From the sequence record PZ386965.1: 64,000 bases of DNA; one strand, 5' to 3'. Positions 42,202 through 54,500 of this stretch are shown here, piece by piece; within the stretch, counting starts at the first letter, position 1, and each line of letters begins with the position of its first letter. Origin of the DNA: a phage. The translations under genes were made by a program, and so were the position numbers. Under the pieces are notes generated by a model, which searched no databases, was not told the origin of the DNA, and saw only the letters and a program-made list of their open reading frames with translations.

Positions 42202-43380
42202 TTAGAAATATTTTTTGTATGAATTGATTACATTTTGGTCTACATCATTATCAATTTGTGCGACAAGATAAGAACTGATTTCAACTTCCTGAGGAGCTGC
42301 TTGAACTAAATCGGAGTTCAGATATTCACGAATCCAAGGATACGGATGCTTGGTCGGAGCATTAGTGATTGGGCATGGCAAACCACACTGCTTCATACGA
42401 GACACAGTCAAGTAATCAACAAAAGCACACATACTCTGCGTATTGATACCTGGACATGTACCGTCTTTAAAGAGGTGTGCAGCCCATTCCTTCTCTTGTC
42501 TATTTACTTCCATAAAAATATCAACTGCTTCTTGTTCACATTCTTTAGCAATTTGAACCCACTCATCACCATCAGTACCAGATTGAAGTTGACGGATAAT
42601 GTACTGAGTACCCTTGAGGTGGAGTTGCTCGTCACGAGCAATGAACTTCATAATCTTTGCATTACCTTCCATAATTTCCATATTTTTATGGAAGTTGAAA
42701 GTACATGCAAATGATACGTAAAAACGAATAGCTTCCAAGGCGTTGATAACATGCAAACAGAGATAAAGAGACTTCATTAGGTCATGTTTACATTCTTCCA
42801 TGTGCATAAGACTATTTGAATATGCATCTAAATCATATTCATTTTCAGAAAAACATTTAAAAATTTCTTTAGCATTTTCCCATTCACGGGTTTTAATCAG
42901 AACGTCATCATAATAACGTCCAATGGATTCAGCGCGTTTCATAATAGCTTCATCTAATACAATTTCATCAAATACCTTCGATGGATCGGTATAAAGATTT
43001 CGCATAATATGAGTATACGAACGAGAGTGAATAGTTTCACTGAATGTCCATGTTGCGACCCATGTATCTAATGAAGGGTCAGAAATCAGTGCCATAAGTA
43101 CCGCAGATGGGGCCCTGCCTTGGATAGAATCTAATAATGATTGATACTTAAGATTGTTTGTAAAGATGTCCTGTTGGAACTGAGGAAGCTTATTGAACTG
43201 CGCAGAGTCCAACATCAAGTTTACCTCTTCTGGGCGCCAGAAAAACGACAATTGCTTTTCAATAAGTTCTTCAAAAACTTTATGACGCTGAATATCATAC
43301 CGTGCGAGGCCAAGACCAGAACCAAAGAACATCGGTTCATTCAAAACATCGACTTGTTGCGTGTTAAAAACTGTACTCAT
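42202..43380 (-). CDS. nrdB: ribonucleotide reductase small subunit
   Basis: 392 aa, continuous ORF with no intron. Confidence 0.93.
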   Translation of the reverse strand: MSTVFNTQQVDVLNEPMFFGSGLGLARYDIQRHKVFEELIEKQLSFFWRPEEVNLMLDSAQFNKLPQFQQDIFTNNLKYQSLLDSIQGRAPSAVLMALISDPSLDTWVATWTFSETIHSRSYTHIMRNLYTDPSKVFDEIVLDEAIMKRAESIGRYYDDVLIKTREWENAKEIFKCFSENEYDLDAYSNSLMHMEECKHDLMKSLYLCLHVINALEAIRFYVSFACTFNFHKNMEIMEGNAKIMKFIARDEQLHLKGTQYIIRQLQSGTDGDEWVQIAKECEQEAVDIFMEVNRQEKEWAAHLFKDGTCPGINTQSMCAFVDYLTVSRMKQCGLPCPITNAPTKHPYPWIREYLNSDLVQAAPQEVEISSYLVAQIDNDVDQNVINSYKKYF

Positions 43381-43434
43381 TATATTTTCTCACTTAGTTA
43401 TAACTCATCCATGAGTAAATTATAATCAAAAGTC

Positions 43435-45690
43435 TTAAAGCTTACAAGCAGAACAATCTTCAGCTTTAGGTGTTTCTAATTCATAGTCATCTGTACCTGA
43501 CCCATCACGAGTGTTATGATAGTAGAGATTTTTTCCGCCAAAGTACCAGAAGTAAAGCAGATCGTCAAGCATTACCGACATTGGCACTTTACCTTTCTCA
43601 AATACTGCAGGGTCATAGTAAGTATTAGCAGAAGCAGACTGGCACACCCATTTCAACATGATAGCAACTTGGGTCAAATAAGGTTTATTACCTTTCTTAG
43701 CAAGTTTCCACGCATAGTCGTAAAGACTCATGTTATGTTCGATATTAGGAACAACCTGTCGGAAGTTGCCTTCTTTAGATTCTTTAATACTTACTGGGCC
43801 GCGTGGTGGCTCAATCCCGTTTGTAGAGTTAGATACTTGACTGCTTGACTCACAAGGCATGAGTGCAGACAACGTTGAGTTACGAATTCCGTGTTCTTTG
43901 AGTTCAGCTCGAAGTTCTTCCCAGTCACAGACGTAGTTCGGGGCTGCGATTTGGTCAATCTTTTTATTGTACCAGTCGATAGGTAATTCGCCTCTAGACC
44001 ATTTAGTGTCTGAATAATACTCACAAGGTCCTTTTTCTTTGGCGAGTTTGATTGAAGCTTTGATAAGGCCATATTGCAATCTCTCAAACAATTCATGAGT
44101 CAAATCGTTAGCGTCTTCATATGAAGCAAAGTTAGAAGCTAACCATGCAGCATAGTTCGTAACACCAACACCGAGATTTCGACGTTTTTTAGCTTTTAAA
44201 GCTTCTGGAACCGGATAATCTTGATAGTCTAACAGGTTATCAAGTGCACGTACTTGTACTTCAGCAAGTTCATTAATTTTATCTTGGTCTTGCCAATCAA
44301 ATTTATCAAGAACAAAAGCGGATAACGTGCATAAACCAATTTCAGCATCATGGCCATTCACATCATTAGTTGGAATAGCGATTTCACAACATAAGTTACT
44401 CTGACGAATTGGAGCTTTTTCACGAATAAACGGAGTGTAGTTATTCGTGTTATCAACAAACTGTGGATAAATTCGAGCAGTACCAGAACGTTCAGTCATG
44501 AACAATTCAAAGAGTTCTAATGCTTTGATTCTTTTCTTTCTGATTGTTGGGTCTTTTTCAGCTTTCTCATAAAGCTCACGGAATTTATCTTGATCTTCAA
44601 AGAACGAGTAATATAGTTCGCCTGACATTTCGTGAGGGCTAAATAAAGTAATATAATCATTTTTACCAAGGCGTTCCATCATGAGGTCATTAATCTGAAT
44701 TCCGTAGTCCATATGTCGAATACGGTTTTCATCCACGCCTTTGTTATTTTTCAGAACTAATAGGTTCTCTACTTCTAAGTGCCACATCGGATAATACGCT
44801 GTAGCAGCACCACCACGAATACCACCTTGAGAACAAGATTTTACTGCAGTTTGGAAATGTTTCCAGAATGGAATAACACCTGTATGTCGAACTTCACCCA
44901 TACCGATCTTAGAACCTTCTGCACGAAGCATACCAACGTTGATACCGATACCAGCTCGTTTAGAAATATATTCAATAATTGATGCTGAAGTTTTGTTAAT
45001 AGATTTTAACGAATCACCGGCTTCAATAACTACACAACTAGAGAACTGGCGAGTTGGAGTACGAGCACCTGCCATAATTGGAGTAGGCAACGAAACTTGA
45101 TGAGTAGAAACGGCATCATAAAAACGAATAATATGTTTCAAACGGTCATGAGTTTCGTCTTGATGTAAGGCCATACCAATAGCCATGATAGCAAACTGGG
45201 GAGTTTCATAAATCTTACCAGTTGTTTTATCTTTAACCAAGTATTTTTCTTTAAGCTGCATAGCACCAGCATAAGTCAGGTCAAAATCTCGCTCGTGTTT
45301 AATCTGAGAATCAAGATAAATGATTTCTTCTGCAGAATATCTAGACAACAACTCGGGATCGTATTTGCCTTCATTAACACAATACGAGATATGGTCGATA
45401 AAAGCAGGAGGTTCAAACTGTCCATATACATCTTTACGAAGTGCAAACATTAATCCTTTAGCGGCGACATATTGATAATCAGGTTCTTCGACAGAAATCG
45501 AGTTAGCTGCAACTTTAATACAAATCTTCTGGATATCTTTGGTGCTCATCCCATCGACAAGATGGGTCTTAATTTCTTCATACAATTCATATGGGTCGAT
45601 TTGTGTTCCTTCACATTGCCAAGTTAAGACTTGAATAATTTTCTGTGCATCAAAATTTTGGGATACACCACTGCTCTTAGTTACTTGCAT
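43435..45690 (-). CDS. nrdA: ribonucleotide reductase large subunit
   Basis: Track ORF begins at TTG; internal ATG (MQVTKSSGVSQNF) matches the T4 NrdA N-terminus; about 751 aa. Confidence 0.93.
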   Translation of the reverse strand: MQVTKSSGVSQNFDAQKIIQVLTWQCEGTQIDPYELYEEIKTHLVDGMSTKDIQKICIKVAANSISVEEPDYQYVAAKGLMFALRKDVYGQFEPPAFIDHISYCVNEGKYDPELLSRYSAEEIIYLDSQIKHERDFDLTYAGAMQLKEKYLVKDKTTGKIYETPQFAIMAIGMALHQDETHDRLKHIIRFYDAVSTHQVSLPTPIMAGARTPTRQFSSCVVIEAGDSLKSINKTSASIIEYISKRAGIGINVGMLRAEGSKIGMGEVRHTGVIPFWKHFQTAVKSCSQGGIRGGAATAYYPMWHLEVENLLVLKNNKGVDENRIRHMDYGIQINDLMMERLGKNDYITLFSPHEMSGELYYSFFEDQDKFRELYEKAEKDPTIRKKRIKALELFELFMTERSGTARIYPQFVDNTNNYTPFIREKAPIRQSNLCCEIAIPTNDVNGHDAEIGLCTLSAFVLDKFDWQDQDKINELAEVQVRALDNLLDYQDYPVPEALKAKKRRNLGVGVTNYAAWLASNFASYEDANDLTHELFERLQYGLIKASIKLAKEKGPCEYYSDTKWSRGELPIDWYNKKIDQIAAPNYVCDWEELRAELKEHGIRNSTLSALMPCESSSQVSNSTNGIEPPRGPVSIKESKEGNFRQVVPNIEHNMSLYDYAWKLAKKGNKPYLTQVAIMLKWVCQSASANTYYDPAVFEKGKVPMSVMLDDLLYFWYFGGKNLYYHNTRDGSGTDDYELETPKAEDCSACKL

Positions 45691-45777
45691 ATATTCCTCA
45701 GTATAGGTTGATAGACAATACTCCAAACGGGATAGTATTTATCCCGTTAATTTATTATACACTTTTAAACTGAAGCG

Positions 45778-46032
45778 TTAATTATCCTCAGCAATAATTT
45801 CTTCATATTCTTTAGGAGTCAAGACTGTAATATCGAAATAAACCAGAGGCTCTTTTTCCATACCGAATCCACCACAGAATTCACGATATTCATAAATTCG
45901 TTCATGTGAATGGCAAATGAATCGTTCACCTTTAACTGTGATTTCACTATTCGGTGAAGGGATATCCAGTTCACTTGGATTTTTCATTTCAAAAATTGTG
46001 GTGCCATATGAATTAATAAAACGTAAAATCAT
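45778..46032 (-). CDS. hypothetical protein (84 aa)
   Basis: Track ORF begins at GTG; internal ATG one nt downstream of the td stop. Confidence 0.5.
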   Translation of the reverse strand: MILRFINSYGTTIFEMKNPSELDIPSPNSEITVKGERFICHSHERIYEYREFCGGFGMEKEPLVYFDITVLTPKEYEEIIAEDN

Positions 46033-46033
46033 T

Positions 46034-47729
<1,696 letters not shown>

Positions 47730-47764
47730 TTTATTCTCCTCTTCACTTTTATTTTATAGGGCTA

Positions 47765-47793
47765 CTATAACATAGCCCTATCTTGTTATAAAC
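47765..47793 (-). promoter_or_regulatory. early-promoter-like element upstream of the frd.1-position ORF
   Basis: GTTTAT -35-like and TTATAG -10-like with an 8-bp inverted repeat. Confidence 0.4.
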
Positions 47794-48185
47794 TACTTTT
47801 TAAAAGTTTTTTGCAAAAGTTTGATGATTTCGTCGACGTTAGTTTCATCTACGATACAATGGATTTTTGTTACACCTAAAGTTATACCTTCGTTAGTAGG
47901 TTGAGGCTTTACTAAATCTACCTCAGTAAAGTATTTGAACTCGTCAGGATAAATCTCAAAATAAGTTTCAATTTCACCACCAGCAGAACATACAGTACCA
48001 TCTTCCATAGTTACACTTACTACGTTTGACGTATCGCTATCATAATCAGGTTCCATTCCGTTTACAACAAAACTGGGCCCATGGAGTTCAATCAGTTTTA
48101 ACATCTTAGCGTTATTATGTGGTGCTTCTTGAACAAAGTCGTCTTTAAATAAAGGGTTAATGATATAAGATTTTCCGATTTCCAT
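47793..48185 (-). CDS. hypothetical protein (130 aa, frd.2/3 position)
   Basis: ATG start; early promoter upstream. Confidence 0.55.
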   Translation of the reverse strand: MEIGKSYIINPLFKDDFVQEAPHNNAKMLKLIELHGPSFVVNGMEPDYDSDTSNVVSVTMEDGTVCSAGGEIETYFEIYPDEFKYFTEVDLVKPQPTNEGITLGVTKIHCIVDETNVDEIIKLLQKTFKK

Positions 48186-48214
48186 TTTGATTTCCTCGTG
48201 TTGTTGATAGATCT

Positions 48215-48243
48215 ATATTAACACATCCAGGGAAGAAGTAAAC
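48215..48243 (-). promoter_or_regulatory. T4-type early promoter
   Basis: GTTTAC, 17-nt spacer, TAATAT. Confidence 0.5.
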
Positions 48244-48270
48244 AACTTTTTCGGTAATTTATAGATACTC

Positions 48271-48292
48271 AAAAGGGAGACCGAAGTCTCCC
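48271..48292 (-). terminator. terminator downstream of gene 32
   Basis: GGGAGAC-UUCG-GUCUCCC then a U-run, same hairpin as at 33500. Confidence 0.7.
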
Positions 48293-48298
48293 GATTTA

Positions 48299-49201
48299 TT
48301 ATAGACCAGCTAACAGGTCATCGAGGTCGCCGTCATCAGAAGATGAGGTAGAGCTCATGAAGTCATCTTCAGTTTTTGCAGAACTAAAGGCTTCCATGTC
48401 TTTATCAAAATCGTCAAGGTCAGAAGCAACTTTATCTGCAACAGAAGCTGCTGCGGCTGCTGCACCACCAAGAGCGGCAGTACCAAGAACCTTAGCGAAA
48501 GATTCATTTAATTTTTCAAAGGATTTGAACTGGTCTTTAGCCGTCAAAGTAGTAAGGTCTACCATCTGGTCATATAGTTCTTTCTGGAATGCTTCGTCAT
48601 TAATACGAGGAATTTCAGATTGACCCAAGAATTTAGATTCGTCGTAGTTGCTAAAACCAGAAACCTGCTTAGCTTTCAGAACGAAGTTGGCACCTTCAAA
48701 CGGGCAAGTAACATCAACCGGAGTTTCACCCATTTCGGTATCAACTGCAATCATTGCATTGATTTTGTCCCAAATCTTTTTACCGAAACGATATTTAAAT
48801 ACTTTACCTTCGTTATCTGGAGCTTGAGGATCTTTAACAACCAGAATATTAGCCCAATAAGAAGTTTTACGTTTCAGTTGAGAATATTCAGCTTTGTTGG
48901 TATTGTACAGGTCATTTTTACTAATGTACTGACATACAGGACAAGAGTCATAATCACCATGTGTAGAAGAGCAATTTTCAATATACCATTTACCATTTTT
49001 CTTGAAACCATGGTTAACAAGAATTGCAAATGGTAGTGCATCATCAGTTTTTGCTGGCAGGAAACGAATTACCGCTTGACCATTACCGGATGCATCTAGC
49101 TTCAGCTTCCATTCGCCTTTATCTTCTGAAGAGAAACCTTTGTTACCATTCAGTTTAGCCATTTGAGCAGCGAGGTCAGCAGTAGATTTACGTTTAAACA
49201 T
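48299..49201 (-). CDS. 32: single-stranded DNA binding protein gp32
   Basis: 300 aa, T4 gp32-like with acidic Ser/Asp-rich C-terminus. Confidence 0.95.
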   Translation of the reverse strand: MFKRKSTADLAAQMAKLNGNKGFSSEDKGEWKLKLDASGNGQAVIRFLPAKTDDALPFAILVNHGFKKNGKWYIENCSSTHGDYDSCPVCQYISKNDLYNTNKAEYSQLKRKTSYWANILVVKDPQAPDNEGKVFKYRFGKKIWDKINAMIAVDTEMGETPVDVTCPFEGANFVLKAKQVSGFSNYDESKFLGQSEIPRINDEAFQKELYDQMVDLTTLTAKDQFKSFEKLNESFAKVLGTAALGGAAAAAASVADKVASDLDDFDKDMEAFSSAKTEDDFMSSTSSSDDGDLDDLLAGL

Positions 49202-49282
49202 GGATTATTACCTTTTATTTAGATTATTTAATTTATTTACAGTTGGTTGCTACGACACTTATACCTCGTAGCTGGTATGATT
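49202..49282 (-). promoter_or_regulatory. gene 32 5-prime leader / translational operator
   Basis: AU-rich leader with GCTACGA/TCGTAGC hairpin upstream of the gp32 ATG. Confidence 0.45.
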
Positions 49283-49290
49283 TATTTATA
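49283..49290 (-). promoter_or_regulatory. late promoter upstream of gene 32
   Basis: TATAAATA on the minus strand in the gene 59-32 intergenic region. Confidence 0.55.
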
Positions 49291-49319
49291 AAGTAATTTT
49301 AACACACAAGAAATAAAGC

Positions 49320-49973
49320 TTAATACTTACATGATTTGATTGTTTCTATGAACAATTTCTTAGCAGCATTTCTGTCGATTTGAAGTATTTTTCGATATGC
49401 CTTTAATTTGGTAGAATAATTTTGCCAGACTAAGTTATCGGTGAGTTCGTCGTGCTTATCTATAATATTCAAAAATGAGTCCAACAATAAGAAAGTCTCA
49501 AATGAAATTATATTGCTTTGTAGCAATTTGAATATGTAGCTCGACTGAACTTTATTATTATAATCAAATATCTCTTGAAGCGCACTAACTTCCACTTTCT
49601 TACTGAAATAGTAGATGTTACGTACGTCTTCAGCAAACGTCTCCTTGGCTTGTTTGAGACGTCCAATATATTCCCTATAGAAAACTAATGCATCAGCGTC
49701 TGATATCTCACCAATCCATGCGTCTTGGTTAGCAACTAAGTTGCTTATGAATATCAAGGTGAGTTCCTTCAATTTATATTTCTCTGCTAGTTTTTCAAAG
49801 AAATATTTATCTCGGCGTTTTTGATACGCATTATCCGAAACACGCATGCACCAGTTATATTTGATTACGTCATACCGACCATTAAAATGTTGTTTGCACA
49901 TCAAGTATAGTTTGTATACCGATTTTCCGTTAATATAACGTTCTCCATCAGGAGGCATGCGTATTTTAATCAT
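49320..49973 (-). CDS. 59: helicase loader gp59
   Basis: 217 aa, same as T4 gp59. Confidence 0.9.
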   Translation of the reverse strand: MIKIRMPPDGERYINGKSVYKLYLMCKQHFNGRYDVIKYNWCMRVSDNAYQKRRDKYFFEKLAEKYKLKELTLIFISNLVANQDAWIGEISDADALVFYREYIGRLKQAKETFAEDVRNIYYFSKKVEVSALQEIFDYNNKVQSSYIFKLLQSNIISFETFLLLDSFLNIIDKHDELTDNLVWQNYSTKLKAYRKILQIDRNAAKKLFIETIKSCKY

Positions 49974-50308
49974 AATAAGAAATCTAACGTATTAGTTTTT
50001 TCACCACGAGCAACTGATGGGCGAAGCATATTTTCGTCAATTGCTTCGCTTGTAATTTTTTCAACAATTCCTGTAGGAATAAATTTAGCAAATTGTGTTT
50101 CTGGGATAGAATTTTCTTCCAAGAAAGCAGTTGTTGCTTCTAAATAAGACATACCAAATTGTTCAACCATGGATTCGATAATGAATCCGTTTTCTTGTCG
50201 GTCAAGCAATTTAGCGATATCATCTTTATCGTGTTTTACTGCTAATTCTTGTTCAGATAAACCGGCCTCATCAACCGGTTTAATATCACTTAGTGAAAAC
50301 TGTGTCAT
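49970..50308 (-). CDS. 33: late transcription co-activator gp33
   Basis: 112 aa, same as T4 gp33. Confidence 0.88.
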   Translation of the reverse strand: MTQFSLSDIKPVDEAGLSEQELAVKHDKDDIAKLLDRQENGFIIESMVEQFGMSYLEATTAFLEENSIPETQFAKFIPTGIVEKITSEAIDENMLRPSVARGEKTNTLDFLL

Positions 50309-50555
50309 AAAGCTCGACTACCTCTTCGTTTTCAGCTTCAAATTGGTCACGAGCGTCTTTATGATAAAGAGCTAACAAACGATTAAACATTTTTCCATCG
50401 ACGCCAAGTTCTTCTTTAGCACGAGTACGAATGTCTTTAATCAGTTCATTATAACCAGAAATTTTAAGTTTGTTATCGGAAGCTTCCTTGACTAGTTTAG
50501 CCAGTTCTTCACCATGCACATCTTGATTAAATTCAACTGCTTCTTTCTTAGCCAT
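50286..50555 (-). CDS. dsbA: DsbA double-stranded DNA binding protein
   Basis: Internal ATG gives 89 aa (MAKKEAV...), T4 DsbA size. Confidence 0.8.
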   Translation of the reverse strand: MAKKEAVEFNQDVHGEELAKLVKEASDNKLKISGYNELIKDIRTRAKEELGVDGKMFNRLLALYHKDARDQFEAENEEVVELYDTVFTK

Positions 50556-50562
50556 GTTTACC

Positions 50563-51480
50563 TCAGAATTCATTAATTACACTTGTTAATTTAGAAAGAC
50601 CAGATTTTACAAAGTATGAATAAATCTTGCCTTTAGGTTGTTGTTTATACGAGTTATAATACTCTATAATGGTTGAAGCAATATTATCAGGGATATAATC
50701 AAAATCAATGAGAACCAAATTTTCTTGATACCGTTTATATTCTTCTGCACTTAATAATACTTCAGCTTGAGAACGGTCGTTAGCAATTGCTTCAATAATC
50801 GTTGTTTTCATGCTTGGAGTTCGTTCACCATCAACTCTGGTAAACCAGAAGTCACCACGAACTCGAACAGATGCAACACCATCCTTACGGTCGCCTTTAA
50901 GAATTTTAGTCATGCAATCAATTTCAGCAGAACCGTTCTTAATTTTAACCCATTTTTTCTGTGGTGGCGACCACTGTTTAACGTTAGGGTATTTGTGTAA
51001 TTGTGTAAAGTCACCATCTGATGCAACAATACATACTTTATGTCCAGCTAATGACAAATATTTAGTTAATACACCGATATGGTCATCCGCTTCATACTTG
51101 TCAATATCCATTACAACGTATGGCATGTATTTCTTAATCTCATCAACAACTTGATGGAGTGCAGTAAAATATCCTTCCCAATCCCACTTTGAAGCTTCAC
51201 GATCGGTTTTACGATTTTTCTTGTAATAGTAAGCAAAATCACGTCGCCAATAACCTGAAGTAGCATTATCCATACACAATACAAATTTTGTATAGCCTTG
51301 CTTACGGAACATCACTACGTTTTTACGAATTGAATTCAAGATTACATGTCGAACCATTGGAACAGTAATTTTATCGCCGTCTTCAAAGTTGTTTAATGCG
51401 GCTGCTAATGCAATGTTACTAAAGTCGGCAAGTGCAATACCTTCTTTGTAATCTTCATCCAACATCATTTCTAAATCCAT
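50563..51480 (-). CDS. rnh: RNase H (5-prime to 3-prime exonuclease / flap endonuclease)
   Basis: 305 aa, same as T4 RNase H. Confidence 0.92.
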   Translation of the reverse strand: MDLEMMLDEDYKEGIALADFSNIALAAALNNFEDGDKITVPMVRHVILNSIRKNVVMFRKQGYTKFVLCMDNATSGYWRRDFAYYYKKNRKTDREASKWDWEGYFTALHQVVDEIKKYMPYVVMDIDKYEADDHIGVLTKYLSLAGHKVCIVASDGDFTQLHKYPNVKQWSPPQKKWVKIKNGSAEIDCMTKILKGDRKDGVASVRVRGDFWFTRVDGERTPSMKTTIIEAIANDRSQAEVLLSAEEYKRYQENLVLIDFDYIPDNIASTIIEYYNSYKQQPKGKIYSYFVKSGLSKLTSVINEF

Positions 51481-51545
51481 ATGAACCTCTTGTTCAGTTA
51501 GTCAACTTGACTATAGTAACACACTCATTTGAAAGCGTAAACTGG

Positions 51546-51553
51546 TATAAATA
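51546..51553 (+). promoter_or_regulatory. T4 late promoter for gene 34
   Basis: TATAAATA about 30 nt upstream of the ATG. Confidence 0.7.
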
Positions 51554-51583
51554 AGTATTATTGAAACAATAAAGGAAAAACGA

Positions 51584-54500
51584 ATGGCCGACATCAAACG
51601 TAAGTTCAGAGCCGAAGACGGTCTGGACGCCGGTGGCGACAAGATTGTTAACGTAGCATTAGCCGACCGTACAGTAGGTACTGATGGCGTAAACGTTGAC
51701 TTCCTGGTACAAGAAAACACCGTTCAAGTATATGATTCTACGCGTGGATACAACAAAGGATTTGTTGTTCTTTATGACAACCGTTTATACCAAGCAATAA
51801 ATGATATCGTGTCTCCTTCCGGGGCATTTAACCTTTTACAATGGCGTGCAGTTCGTACAGATGCACAATGGATAACTGTCGCTTCTGGGACTTATCAACT
51901 TTCTTCAGGTGAATCGATTTCGGTTAACACTGGTGCCGGCAATGATATGGTTTTTACATTGCCAAATACTCCAGTTGATGGTGATACTGTTGTTTTGGCT
52001 GATATTGGTGGAAGAACCGGGACAGTTAAAGTACAGATTAACGCGTCTGTGCAAAGTATTTTAAACTTTAGAGGCGAACAAGTTCGTACAGTTTTAATGA
52101 CGCGCCCACGTTCACAACTATTGTTTGTGTTTAGTAATCGTTTGTGGCAGATGTATATTACCGATTATGGTAAAGAATCAATCACTGTTACACCTGCGTC
52201 ACCATATCAAGCACAAGCAAATGATTTTATCGTTCGTCGTTTTACTAGTGCAGCACCAATCAACATTACACTTCCACGTAATGCTAACAATGGTGATATA
52301 ATCAGCCTAGTCGATTTAGATAGATTAAACCCACTGTATCATACAATTGTTAAAACATTTGATGATACAACGTCTATTGGTGAAGTCGGGACTCATATTG
52401 CCGAAGGCAGAAATGACTCTGACGCGTTTTTTGTTTTTGATGCTGCAAATAGTTTATGGCGTATATGGGAAGGCGACCAGAAATCGCGTCTTCGTATTAT
52501 CCGTGCGGATTCAAATATTCGTCCAAATGAAGAAGTTCTTATTTTTGGCACAAATAACATTACTACAGGAACTATTAATCTTACGCTGCCTTCGGGAATT
52601 TTGAGTGGTGACACTGTTAAAATTTCAATGAACTACATGCGTAAAGGCCAAACAGTAAAAATTAAAGCTGCCGAAGGTGATACAATTGCTTCTTCTGTTG
52701 CATTGCTTCAGTTCCCTAAACGTTCTGAATATCCACCTGATGCTCAATGGGTCTCTGTTACTGAACTAGAATTCAATGGCACTACGTCATATGTTCCTGT
52801 ATTAGAATTAGCGTATATCGAAGACACCATTGCTGGTACACGTTATTGGGTTGTGCAACAGAATGTCCCTACGGTAGAACGTGTTGATGCTGGAACTGAT
52901 GCTACACGAGCTCGTTTAGGTGTTATTGCTCTTGCTACTCAAGAGCAAGCAAATGTTGATTTAGAGAATACTCCAGCTAAAGAAGTGGCTATTACTCCTG
53001 AAACGTTGGCAAATCGTACAGCAACTGAAGCTCGACGTGGTATCGCTAAAATTGCTACAACAGCACAAGTTAACCAGAATTCCACAGCAGCATTTGTGGA
53101 CGATACTATTGTTACGCCTAAAAAATTAAATGAGCGTACAGCAACTGAAACTCGTCGTGGTCTTGCTGAAATTGCTACTCAGGTTGAAACCGATGCTGGT
53201 CTTGATGACACAACGATTATTACACCTAAGAAATTACAGGCACGTCAGGGTTCTGAAACACTGTCTGGTATAGTTAAATATGTATCAACTACTTCTGCTA
53301 CTCCTGCTGAAACTCGTGGGGCTGCAGGCACTAACGTTTATAATAAAACCGTAAATAATTTAACTATTTCTCCTAAAGCCCTTGACCAATATAAAGCAAC
53401 TTATGCTCAACAAGGTGCAGTAATTTTAGCTGTTGATAGTGAAGTAATTGCTGGTCAATCACAAGCAGGTTATTCTCATGCTGTAGTAACTCCTGAAACA
53501 CTACATAAGAAAACTTCTACTGATGGACGTATTGGTTTAATTGAAATTGCTACGCAAGCAGAAACTAATGCTGGGACTGATTATACACGTGCAGTAACGC
53601 CTAAGACGTTAAATGATAGGAAAGCTACGGAAGGATTATCCGGCATAGCCGAAATTGCTACGCAAGTTGAATTTGATACTGGAACTGATGATACTCGTAT
53701 CTCGACTCCACTGAAAATTAAAACTCATTTTGATTCTTCTGACCGTACCAGTGTTAATTCTGATTCCGGACTTATTGAAGAAGGAACCTTGTGGAACCAT
53801 TATACTCTTGATATTTCTAAAGCAAATGAAACACAACGTGGTACACTTCGCGTAGCGACCCAGGCAGAATCTAATGCTGGGACTTTAGATGATGTTCTTA
53901 TTACTCCTAAAAAGCTTTTAGGGACTAAGTCCACTGAAACGTCTGAAGGCGTAATTAAGGTTGCTACTCAGGCTGAAACTGTAACAGGAACTTCTGCTAA
54001 TACTGCTGTATCTCCTAAGAATTTAAAATGGATTGTCCAGAACGAACCAACATGGGCTGCTACTACAGCAATTCGTGGATTCGTTAAAACTTCATCCGGT
54101 TCTATTACATTCGTTGGTAATGATACAGTTGGTTCAACACAACCTTTAGAATCATATGAAAAAAATAGCTATGCTATATCTCCATATGAATTAAACCGTG
54201 TACTTGCTAACTATTTGCCATTAAAAGCAAAAGCTGCTGACGCAAATTTATTAGATGGCCTAGATTCATCTCAGTTTATTCGTAGGGATATTGCACAGAC
54301 GGTTAATGGTTCACTAACCTTAACCCAACAAACGAATCTGAGTGCCCCTCTTGTATCATCTAGTACTGCTACGTTTGGTGGTTCGGTATCTGCTAATAGT
54401 ACATTAACTATTTCTAACTCTGGAACAGCTACTCGACTGATTTTTGAGAAAGGACCTCAAACTGGAACTAACCCAGCACAGACGATGACTATCAGAGTTT